Below are positions 1-29,700 of a stretch of DNA of 64,000 nucleotides, one piece after another (positions within the stretch are counted from its first letter, which is position 1; each line of letters opens with the position of its first letter). Below the pieces are notes generated by a model. The model was not told the DNA's origin, did not search any database, and was given only the letters and a program-made list of their open reading frames with translations. Where the stretch lies: contig NC_068990.1 of the NCBI RefSeq assembly GCF_001194135.2, positions 84,930,000 to 84,993,999 on the forward strand. Direction: 5' to 3'. The position numbers were made by a program, and so were the translations under genes. This DNA comes from Octopus bimaculoides (lineage: Eukaryota).

Positions 1-1085
1 ACGTATCTCTTTTCTCTCTAGCAGCGGTGGTGACAACACGTATGTCTCAACTCGACCCCGACATGTGGTCGAAGCTTCTTTTGGTATTCTAGCGGCATGC
101 CTGTTCACCCAGGAACAAAACGGCTCTACACCAACCTAGAATAAACTATGTTCTGTTGTTACCGTTATCCCTCGTGTTGTTGTATTTCTGGATTTTAATG
201 ATTAATATAAGAACTGGGGAGAGACGGCCGAGCCGTCATATCTCATCCAATTCTTATAAAGGTTTTAATCGCCTTAGTTGATCGATTTATGAGATATAAA
301 AACAAAATTGCTATATTAGAGGAGACTGCGAATCAGGTTGTATTTATTAAGGGAAAACTCAAATGAAGAACAGTTAATATAGCAATTTACTAGAAATAGT
401 TATGTCCGAGAGAACTTCGCAGGTTCTTATTTTAGTTCCCCTATATAAGTCCTTTATGTTATCATCAGCTCCTTACTGTCATGTTGGGGTCGGGGTTCAA
501 ACTGTTGTGCATAACCTTATGGTTCTCCAAAGATGGGAGTTGTCCAGGTCAGCCCTGATCAAGCAGACCGTCTTTCTATTTACACAGGACTGCATTGTCC
601 AGTTTGTTCTCTACTTTTTGTAAGTCGGTAAGATGTGATTTGAGGGATGTTTGGCTGTAATTTCTAGCATAGGGAAAGTCCGTGGGCTAGAAATTACACA
701 ATGTTGGAAAATTGATATGTTCTACAAAAAAAAAAAAAACCCCAGAAATGCACTAAAAGACATGTGAAGCAGAATATTGATTGGTATAACAGATATGAAT
801 TGAAAGATGTAGTCGAAGTATCTGGATCTTCATATTCTAGAATAAAAAAGTTTTTATCCTATAAGATTGCAGCTTAATGGTTTCACATACTTTAACCAAA
901 TCCGTCTTGTGGAACTGTCCCTAATCAGCCTTGATTGAGCAGTCCATTGGCATACAAGTAGTCGATTAAGAGACCTAGTACTTGGTCAACAGGTGATGGA
1001 ACCTAGCCAGAAAACTGGTTAAGTGCTCTGATTTGTTTCATCTCTCATGTGTTTAATGTAATTTTTTAAAATTTAATTTTTCAGA

Positions 1086-18635
<17,550 letters not shown>

Positions 18636-18696
18636 AAGTGTTTTAAATTCTTAAATAATTGAGTTTTATTCCAATGGTTTTAATTTACATCTGTCC

Positions 18697-18723
18697 AATA
18701 AATTGAATAACACCGAAAATAAA
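18697..18723 (+). terminator. Candidate polyadenylation signals of FIGNL1
   Basis: AATAAA at 18697-18702 and 18718-18723, followed by T-rich sequence. Confidence 0.5.
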
Positions 18724-20634
18724 ACCGGTTATATTTTAAGTTTTAAAATATTTTTATTACGATAAAGTCTCTTGGTTCTAATGGTAGTTGTTGTTATTAC
18801 TAATCATCACCATCACCATCATCATCATCATCACTTAACATCTCCCTTCCATGCTGGTTTGGGTGGGACAGTTTGACAGGAGCCGGCCAGGTAGAGGCCT
18901 GCATCAGACTTCTGTGTCTGGTTATATATGCATGTGATATGATATTTACCATGTTTGTGCTCATTTGAATGTAGGAAGACTTATTGCGGCAGCAATATTC
19001 TTGGGAGAAATTTCTCCTCTCTGGCAACATGTAAAAATGCATCAGGCTATGAATGACATCATTGGATCATGAGACATGTTTCTGTGTTATGAATCATCAT
19101 CCACGAATGCTGAATTCATCATTCATAGCCGTATCTGAATGGGAGTTCTAATGTATGAGAACAGTGAACAGCAAATTTACTGGTTTATCTGAAATTGTGT
19201 TATTTCAACCAATTTATGTTCATGCCAACAAGAGGGTGCCCCTCCATGGTACATCGATCTACATTGTAATGTATCAAAACAGCATTCAAATCTGTTTTCT
19301 TCATATTCTAACATTTTTTTCTGTTAGAAAAAATGGCCCATATTTTCTTAGTTATCTTGCAAAACTATTTTGTATATCCCCACTTTTTTTGTCCTGGAAA
19401 GAAGGTGACTTTGAAATGATTTAGATTTAAATAATCTAAGTAAAACAAATAACTCAAAATGATCAGAATTGTAACATCTTTTGATTAAAGCTGATCTGTG
19501 GCTGAATAGTAACTACAATAAACATGTATAATCATATGGAATTACCATTTATTTACAATAATTATTGTCACTTGACCAAAAAATCTCATCTTATTTCCCT
19601 GTTGTTGACTCCTGGACATACTTATAAAATAAAATTCAAAAAGTACAGATAAAAAAGAAACAAAACAATCCTTTAACTTTCAGGAACATTTTTTTAATGA
19701 TCAAAATTGTCAAAGCATGGAATAAATTTCTTGCACCAGTTGTTAGCTGTTAGCACACTGCTTCCTTCAAAAATTCCTGACACTCACCAATACGACCCCT
19801 ATTGTGGTAGTGTACTCTTACCACTGTATGACTGTTACTGCTTGCTTTTCAGTCCTTTTCTGTTTTATCCTCAATACTCTGCATCCACTTTTGGTTTCCA
19901 TTACTGTCTTTCTTTACTTATAATTGCTTTCCAAATGCTGAACCCTGTTAAAGGCAACCAGGGGCCAAATAGTAATGTTAAACCCGGTGACAATTTAAGT
20001 ACAATCCATTTCCAGGCTTCTGCACAGTTCCCATCTACTCTGTTTTGCCTTTAAGGCTTGGACCAACCTGAGCCTATAGCAAAAGACATTTGCTCAAGGT
20101 ATCATGCATTGTGATTAAATTTCGAATCAAATGATTGCAAAATGAACATCTCAACCATATGATGACCATGCCTGAGTTCATGCTACAGGAAAAGTAAATA
20201 ATCTATAACCATTATTATGCTTTACATTTTTCTGAAGGAAGATCCAACATTTCTGATTGTCTTAAAATAACTTCTTAAGTTCTACATTCCTAGAAATATG
20301 ACTGTTGCTCATTTTGAGTGGATTTAAGATGATTTCGGTGGACTTATATCACATTTATTTCTTTAGATCTCGGATGACTAATGCTTGAGTTATTGCTGCT
20401 GTTGTTTAACCCTTCTCAACCCCTGCTTAATCTTTATTGAGTAAATTTGTAATTAAAGGCATTATGACTACATTATCTAATGAGATCTTTCTTAAAGATG
20501 ACAGGGCTTAAATTTGAGGGAAGTTTATGTTATTTCTACTATGAAGTAGCTCCTTTATTATCATCTTTGGTTTTAGGTTATAGAAGTGTGTAGTTATTCA
20601 GTATATGCCTTTTTAACTTTAACTATACGATTCT

Positions 20635-20665
<31 letters not shown>

Positions 20666-20831
20666 GTGAGGACACAACCTTTCTGAGGTAGACTTATTCA
20701 TCACTTGGTTTAATACCAAGCTCTTGGATATATTTAGTGGAGTCTATTATGTTGCAATAATTCGGACTATGTTTCCTGTCTAAGGGCAAATCCTTGCAAC
20801 CTACTGATTCTGCCAGTCTTTATTGTTAACG

Positions 20832-21050
20832 ATAATGATAATTAATGTTCAGGTCACTGCTTGGAATCGAACTTGGAATTTTGGGGTTAGTAGCCCATGC
20901 TCTTAACCACTATGCCATATATTCAAGTTTGAAATTTCCCCAAGACATCTGATGAGGGCTAGAGGGTATATCAGCTGAAATGTTGTGTTAACAACAAACA
21001 AGATGAGGACAAATATCTATCAAATGTAAATAACGTAAATAATGTAAATA
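20832..21050. mobile_element. Second family D copy (minus-strand tRNA head fused to plus-strand body)
   Basis: 20832-20920 is the reverse complement of the 14905-14990 head; 20925-21050 matches the 15020-15135 body. Confidence 0.75.
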
Positions 21051-21165
21051 ATCCCAAAAGGATGAAAGGCAAAGTCGACCTTGGTAGCTTTGAATTTAGA
21101 TTGTAAAGCTGGAAGAAATGCTGCTAAATACTTTGTCTGACACTAGTGATTCTGCCAGCTCACTG

Positions 21166-21233
21166 CCTTAATCCAATGCCTTAAAATGAATAATTAAATC
21201 CTTAATCCAATGCCTTAATATGAATAATTAAAT
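21166..21233 (+). repeat. 34-bp direct tandem duplication
   Basis: CCTTAATCCAATGCCTTAA(A/T)ATGAATAATTAAAT twice. Confidence 0.9.
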
Positions 21234-21239
21234 ACCATT

Positions 21240-21712
21240 CATCCATCATCATCGACATTTGATGTTCGCTTTCCATGCTGGCATGGGTTGGATGGTTTGA
21301 CTGAGGGCTGGTGAGTCAGGAGGCTGCACCAGGCTTCAATCTGATCTGGCAATGTTTCTACAGCTGGATGTCCTTCCTAACGCTAATCACTCTGAGAGTG
21401 TAGTGGGTGCTTTTTACGTGTCACCAGCATGAGGGCCAGTCAGGTTGCACTGGCAACAATTACGCTTGGATGATGCCTTTTACGTGCCACTGGCACGGGA
21501 CCACTCAGGGTGTATTGGCATCAACCACGCTCAAATGGTGCTTTTTACGTGCCACTGGCATGGGTGCCAATCGGGCAGTACTGTCATCGGCCATGACAGC
21601 AACTTCACTTGCCTTAACAGGTCTTCACAAGTGTTATGTACTGCCCAATGATTGAAGGGTACTCTTAAATGGGCTGGATATGCTGCACTGACACAGGCCA
21701 CGGTTATGGTGC
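21240..21712 (-). mobile_element. Family C copy with about 63-bp internal repeats; other copies near 3255-3480(-), 14500-14655(+), 15575-15675(+), 18199-18388(-), 18803-18910(-), 30020-30220(+)
   Basis: Shared AGGAAGGGCATCCAGC motif and CATGGAAAGCGGACGTTAAA(TGA)n-type tail. Confidence 0.75.
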
Positions 21713-22283
21713 ATCCATAAATAAATAAATAAATGCATGTTAAATGTTAAGGGGTTAAAGTTAATCTTAGGGAGATTAGAATTAATAACTGATTTCAAGC
21801 ACTTTTGTATCTTTAGGTAATATTCAGAAGATATTGAGAAGATATTAAATCTACAGTTATGAAAATATTTTGGGGGCCAAATAGATGAGAACATTACAAA
21901 AACCTGGTAAGGACAGAACATTAGGAAATATTTTGTCCAATAGAATTTTGCTCACCAATATCAATTTATGGAAAGCATTTTTATCAATTTGAAATTTCAG
22001 TCTAGAAAAAGTAACCATCGCTGTGATATCATTAGTAATTTGATTGTCTGATAGAACTGAAAGGAAGTGAAAATTATTAATAAAATGAAATCCTTATTTT
22101 TTTTACTGTTTATTTTTCTGTTATTTTCTGTTTTATTCTGTGAACTGTGCATGCACATTTTGTTTTTGTTGTTGTCTTTCTTTATTTCACTGAATGCTGT
22201 TTTTTGGTATTCATTTTTACCCTTTGCAGATGTTTTGTGGTGCATCTGAGCTCTGTATACAATAAAGTCATTATTATTACTAA

Positions 22284-22720
22284 ATGACAAGCTGGCAGAA
22301 TTGTTACTGGACAAAATGCTTTGCAGCATTTCCCCTGGCTCTTTTCATACTGAGTTCAAATGTCACCAAGGTTTACTTCACTTTTCATCCTTTCAGGGTC
22401 AGTAAAATAGGCACCAGTTAAGAAGTGGGGTTGATGTAATCAACTTGCTCCCTCCCCAAAATTTCAAACTTTGTGCCTAAAGTAGAAAGGATTATCATCA
22501 TTAAGGTGGAGAGCTGGCAAAATTCTTAGTGCATCGGACAAAATACTCCACAACATTTCTTTTGGCTTTTTACGTCCTGAGTTCAAATTCTACTGAGGTT
22601 GACTTCACCTTTCATTCTTTCAGGAGTGATAAAATAAATACCAGTTGATCACTGGGGTCGATGGTAACAAGTAGTCTCCTCCCTCAAAATTTAAGGCTTT
22701 ATGCCTATAGTTGAGAGAAT
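22284..22720 (+). mobile_element. Tandem pair of degenerate family A SINEs
   Basis: Two head-core-tail units, about 22284-22492 and 22505-22720. Confidence 0.75.
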
Positions 22721-23475
22721 TATTATTCTTATTAAAACCGAACAAAAGTTCAAATCTAGTTAAAATTAAGCATGCTATTCTAGAATGTTATTTCTTTCTC
22801 TTTCCTATCAGCTGCAGACACATGTTTTGATATCTTTGTAATCTTCTCAGTAGAGTTCATGGACAATTATTGAATTTAAGTTAAAGTTAAGTTTTTCAGA
22901 GCTATGCATGAACATAGTTTTCTTGGAAACATGAAATGAAATAGTAGTGTGACCAAAGAGACATCTTCATCCATCAAATTAGATGGGTTTAGTAATATCC
23001 AGATGTTTTTCATTAGAGAAATTCACACAAATTTCACTGGGGAAGTTCATTCAAATCAGTGGAGTTTTGTTTTGTAAGGACGAAAATAACACGTACTGTG
23101 TAATATATATATATTCTATGGTGCAACTAGTTCCTTTTGCTGATCAATAGTCAAAGACTTATATATAGAATCAGAAATGGAATGAATGTCTTTGTACTTT
23201 GAATTCTAGGCTGACTCTAATATAGTATTTTGTATCCTATGGAATTTCACACTATATTTTACAGTAAACAATAATTACTTCTGTCAGAAAAATGAAATGA
23301 TTAACAACGACAGATCATCTACCCTTCCTTGATCTGAGCTAAACAAAAAAGTTAAAAAGAAAATAATAATAAAAAGACCCAATAAATATGTAATTTTTTG
23401 CTTTATCCTTTCTCAAAGAGAAACAGTTTTTTTTTATACTTACTATATACAAATTCTTAGTGATAGATATTTATT

Positions 23476-23741
23476 TTACATCCAAGGGCCCCATACACCA
23501 TTATTTGCAAATGGATCTGCTCTCAGATCCATATAAGGATTATGACAGGGAACAGCTGTCTTATTGTAAAATGCAAGTCTGTCTAAAATCATTCGCAGCT
23601 TTTGAGGATAAGCATCTGATAAATCTTTCCTTTCCAACGGATCTCTGGCAATGTTAAACATCCAGACATTTTTCTCTGGAGGATCTCTGTCTTGCATGGT
23701 TAAATCCTTCATGTAGTGGGGTGCCAACCAGTGACCGCGAC
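23476..23741 (-). CDS. ARSB: ARSB-like last exon (RGHWLAP...[16 protein letters not shown]...GVWGPWM*)
   Basis: 266 nt, ends at TAA. Confidence 0.96.
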
Positions 23742-26700
23742 CTGAAACAACAAAACAATTACAGACTTAGACTGTAATTAGATGTTAATTTTAGTAGTCA
23801 AGTAGCTCAAGTTTTATCAAAGTTACGTCCCTTGATAGAGTTACTTCCCCAGTTTACACAAACGCCTACAAAAACTAAGAGATGTGACTGGCCATCGGTG
23901 TACGAACAATAAAGACACCTGATGCCTCCCACCCCCATTTCTTCCTTTTTATAAGACTTTTTCACTGTTTGCTTCCTGTGCATACTCCATGTACTGTTCG
24001 TGCAATTCTGATAACTTTTTCTGATGGGTTGTTGTGCACCTGAGCACTGTATACAATAAGTTAATTATTATAATTAAATATGGGTACACCAAATACCATA
24101 CAACATGAGTTACCACCACATCTAGAAGATGTGTCACAGTTAGCAAATGAGAGAAGATAATCTCAAAGATCAAGGAATCTCCATTGTTGACGTAACATTA
24201 ACGAAAGAGACAGGTTTGTTGTCTGGAGATAAGAGGGTAACTATGGACAAGTGTTTCTGCCTCAGTAGGTTTCATCAGCATGGCTGTTAGCCTACCTTAT
24301 CTCCAGTAGCCACATTTATGGGCCTAGGTAATAAATTAAACAAAAATAAGCAAAGCGAAATCTCTCAGAGTGGTTAGTGGCATGTATTTGAGTAACGTAG
24401 ATAAATACAGGTATCCCTTCTCAAACGGAGCTGGGTTTATTTGCCATTTGAGACAGGTGGAGATAATTTTAATGAATTAAGAAGTCATATTGTATTTGAT
24501 ATTCGTGTATTAAGTTGATCATCAAAATACCCTCTAAGCAAAATAAACTGATTGTTGCTTAGAGTACAAAGAAAATTAAATTCTTGTGCGGTTACTGCAA
24601 AATAAGTAATATCATTGTAATAATTGATTCCTTATTTACTGAAAAATGTAATATTTAATAAAAGTAAAGGTCACATCATGTGGAGAGATGAAAATACCAA
24701 CATTTATTTCTGACTTTCACAATTCTTTTGGATTAATTATTGCTACATAGTTACACACAAGATTCTTCTAATTCTGAATTTTACCTGTGTAATGCATGGT
24801 TTAGAAGTGGGGTCCTTTTCAAAGGCTGGTTCTGAACAAAAAGTGTATTTCTACTATTTATGTCATGCTATTTTAGCTTACCTTGTTTGCCTGTCATAAC
24901 TTTCCATGCTCCAAATCGAATCGATGCTTTGATCCTTGTGTCAAATTTTGTACCTGACAATTTATCACCATGTGGATAGTGGCAGGAGTCTATGTTGAAC
25001 AGTATCTCTTTACGTTTTGTCTGGGTACCATAACTGTAAGAAAAGAAAGAAAGAAGGAAAAATATGACTATGACATGTTGAAAACACCAATAAAAACAGC
25101 AGTATTTATTCTTAATGATATCAATAGTTGAGTTCCTTTCTTCTTGCCTATCCTTTTCCTTGAGATCTTTAGTGAAAGTAATATTGCATCACTTGTTTAA
25201 AATTTCTCAAAGATTTATTTTATATCATGCATTTGTTGAACAATGAGCATTATTAGTTCCAGATTTCCAATAGCCTAATCACTGGTTCGATATATTGTTT
25301 AACGAAGGTGGCAAGCTGGCCGAATCGTTAGCACGCCGTGCGAAATGCTTAGTGGTATTTCGTCTGTCCTTATGTTCTGAGTTCCATTTCCACCGAAGTT
25401 GATTTTGCCTTTCATCCATTTGGGTTGATAAATTGAGTACAAGTTGTGAAATGGGGTTGATCTAATCGACTGGCTCCCTCCCCCAAAATTTCAGACCTTG
25501 TGCCTACAGTAGAAAGGATTGTTAGATATTTATAAGGCAGTGAGCTGGCAGAATCGTTAGCACACCGGGCAAAATGCTTAGCAGTATTTTGTTTGTCTTT
25601 ATGTTCTGAGTTCAAATTCCACCAAGGTCAACTTTGCCTTTTATTCTTTCGGGGTCGATAAATTAAGTAAATTAAGTATACTGGGGTCAATCTAGTCGAC
25701 TGGCTCCCTCTCAAAAATTTCGGGCCTTGTGCCCAGAGTAGAAAAGAATATATTGTTGACAGAAATAATGAAAAGTGATGACTGTAAAATGTAAGAGAAC
25801 AAATTACCACACTGCTGAAAAAGACAAGCTTAGCACATCCCTCTTGGGGGATGCCTTTGAGATATCTATAACGAAGTAAGTGTGGGCTTGATATGTGTTG
25901 CCTAGGTTGTGGCTGCATAGTGCATGGTTGGGGAATATGAAATGGGAATGAAGAAAAGAAATGTTGATGGTGGATTTGGAAGCGTGAGTTCTCCCAATGA
26001 GTGAAATCAGATAGTGGTTGAGAGAGTCCTCCTTCCATTTGTCTCTCTCTCTCTAGGTTTCCTTAACATTGAAGTTTTTTTTACTAAGGATTAACAACAA
26101 CAACAACAAAAAATTGTATGGAAGACAATCTGGACAAACCTGATACTTTTCCACTGGTCATAACCAGCAAGATCCTTGGTTCCATTTAGACTGCCTCCAG
26201 CCAGTCGCACAAATGTTGGGAACCAGTCTGATATGTGTATTAGTTGTCTTGAAATGATACGATTTCGTTTTAATAGCTTGCTATATACAAATCCTACACC
26301 GCGTATACCTCCTTCCCAATACCGGCCTTTTCCACCACGAAGGGGCCAGTTTGATGATCCCTTTATTGTGCTGCCACCATTATCTGTTGGAAAGAAAAGA
26401 AAAGAAATTCACATAATTAGGAGGTTTTGGCTGAGGTTACTTGTCCTGGGATCATGTGATTGTATTAAGGTGGGTGATAGATTAGGTCACCACCCAAGTA
26501 CAGGAACAATCCCATTGATGGGCCTCTAAACAGTTTTTGTCAACCATGTTTCAGTCTTTAGGCCATGTGGAAAATTCTTGCCAAAGATGGTGTGGAGTGG
26601 TATTGAATCCATTAAACTGGGGGACTAAACAACATTTTGTAACAACTCTTTTACTCTTTTACTTGTTTCAGTCATTTGACTGCGGCCATGCTGGAACACC

Positions 26701-29700
26701 ACCTCTAGTCGAGCAAATTGACCCCAGGACTTATTCTTTGTAAGCCTCGTACTTATTCTATCGGTCTCTTTTGCCGAACCGCTAAGTTACAGGGACGTAA
26801 ACACACCAGCATCGGTTGTCAAGCAAAGTTGGGGGGACAAACACAGACACACAAACTTATACACACACATACATATATATACATATATACGACGGGCTTC
26901 TTTCAGTTTCCATCTACCAAATCCACTCACAAGGCTTTGGTCAGCCCGAGGCTACAGTAGAAGACACTTGCCCAAGGTGCCATGCAGTGGGACTGAACCC
27001 AGAACCATGTGGTTGGTAAGCAAGCTACTTACCACACAGCCAAACCAGTGATCTATATGCTTAACATACAAAAAAAAAGATCCCCTGGAAAATCTCTCTC
27101 AGATCCACCCTGTCAATTGAAACAAATAGATGGAGACATGAGATGATAAGGTATAACATAGATACACAATATCTGAAAAATAAGTGGAATGGTCACAACT
27201 GGAGTGCCTTTGATCATAGGTCTCTTCCGTCAGGACTGATAAGGGTCTAAACAACAATGATAAAACAACTAATGTGAAATGTCATCATTGTTTGACTGCA
27301 GAAGCAGACAGCCATCATCCTACCGCTTGACCAATTATAGTATCTATAATTAATGATCAAATCCTGATTAATAACCAGGATCATTAGTGAGATTTTAATC
27401 TGTATGCAGAATTTGAATCGTTAGGCAAAAACTGAACTCAGAATGTAAAGATCCAGGACTATTACTATGAAGCTTTTCATCTGCTGATTTAGCAATTTCA
27501 CCATAGGCAGAGTTGACCTCAGTGAGATTTGAAGCCAGTTTACAGAGAATCAAAGCAAATACTACATGGCATTTTATTTGATATGCTAATGACTTAGCAA
27601 ATTCACTGACTTAATAAAAAAAAAGTAGAATAAAAAAAAGCATTAAAAAAAACAAAGCAAAATTTTATAACCTGTTGAAAACACAAAGATAGTATTTTTC
27701 CACATCATTTTCTTCTTGAGGAGCGTAATGAGATATCCAATGCTTTCATCAATGCAGGACACCATTCCTACAGATTAGAGAATCCTGGATTACTATTTCT
27801 GTATACACAATAGTTATTTATTGGATAAAAATTGTTGGGGTTTTGAACGCACATTTATGGCAACACCTCAACACAAATGTATTATAACACATGTGACAAG
27901 AGTTACAGCATATGATTAGAATCAACACATGTAAACACATGTAAACACATGTAAACACATGTAAACAGAACATATATAAATACAATTACAACATACCTAA
28001 TCACCGTTCCAATTGAAGTTACCACAGTTCATCTCCCTCTTTTCTCTCTCTCTCTCTTACACACACAAGCACACACATTATAATTAACCACACATAAATA
28101 TAATACAAATAATCACTATCTACCATGCATATATGCTTAGAATTATCTCATACAATTACAATCACAGGTAATTTATAACCATAAATATAATTACAATTAA
28201 TATAAACAATTATGACATGTCGTCACAAATGCAACGCCCACACAATTCCAATTTGGACCCATTTCATTTCAATTACAGCACATAATAACAATTAAAAATA
28301 GACGTAATTACAGTTATGATACATGTAATCATAATTACAAGATGCATTGTTCCATATGGGCCAAATGAAGTGTAATATCTTTTATTCATTGCTTTGATAG
28401 ATAATAATTATATAAAAAGGAAATGTAGAACATCAGACTTAATTCATTACATTATTTTAATTTTTCATGTCCTGGAAACACTGTGAACGCAGGGGTGACA
28501 AAAAGGGAAGGCAATGAAGGTTGAATTTGAGCACTAAAAAGACAAAAATGTAAGACATTGACTCCATGTGCTTCTTTAATAGTCAGATGTTCTTTCTGTC
28601 ACTTACTCTCTAATAAAGGATATTTCTATGATTTGCATGAAACTGGTCTGCAGTACCAAAAGGGTTGGAGACCATTGCGTGTTGTTCCTACGAGTCTGTT
28701 AACTTTAATTGGTGAAATAAACCAAACTCACTGACCTGCTAGTCTCCTCCTTTCTCCTGAGGGTATCCAAGAATTCTTGTAGAGTTCTTTGTACTTCAGT
28801 GGCACCTTCAAAGGGGTATGTACTGCTTGCAGGGACAGGAGTAAGAACATTGGCTGAAATGAAATCAAACAAACGAGTTTAGAGGTTTTTGTATGTATGT
28901 GTATGTGATAATGTGTGTGTGAGTGAGTGAGAGAGAGAGAGAGAGAGTGAATGAGTGAGTATGTGTATGTGTGGATCTGTGTGGTAAGTATATGCACATA
29001 TGTGGATATGTGTTTGTGAGAGTGTATATATAATAATGCGTGTATGTATGTGGATCTGTGTGCTATGCATATGCACATATGTGGATGTGTGTTAATTAAT
29101 ATTAAAATATAAGCTGTGGAGCGACAGAATCAGAACATCGGGTAAAATGTTTTTGCTGTATTTAGTTACAGTTCTTTACACTCTGAGTTCCAATACAGCC
29201 AAAGTCAACATTGCTTCCTGGGGTCACATCATTAAGATGTAGATTAGAAGTTAAAACTTCCTACAGGATGTTGGACAGAATGTCTTTTGGTATTAAGTTA
29301 CATACCATTACGCTCTGAGTTCAAATCCTTAAGGTGTTAGTTTTATCTTTCATCCTTCCAGGATCAATTAAATAAAACACCAGTCAAATTAATCTATAAG
29401 TTAATCTACAGGGTGTCCACAAGGTCTGGGTACATGGAGTAAATGAAATCATAACATAAACAATTAAATATAAGAAATAATAATTTCTTAAAGTATGTGT
29501 TAATCTTCATGTGGGTACATGGAGTAAATGAAATCATAATATAAACAATTAAATATAAGAAATAATTTCTTAAAGTATGTGTTAATCTCCATGTACCCAG
29601 ACTTTGTGGACACCCTGTATATTCCTTTAAGACAGCCGAGATGAGACTAAAAGTATAATAGATAACAAAGAAGATTTTTTGCCTTTTCTCTCTCTGTTAA

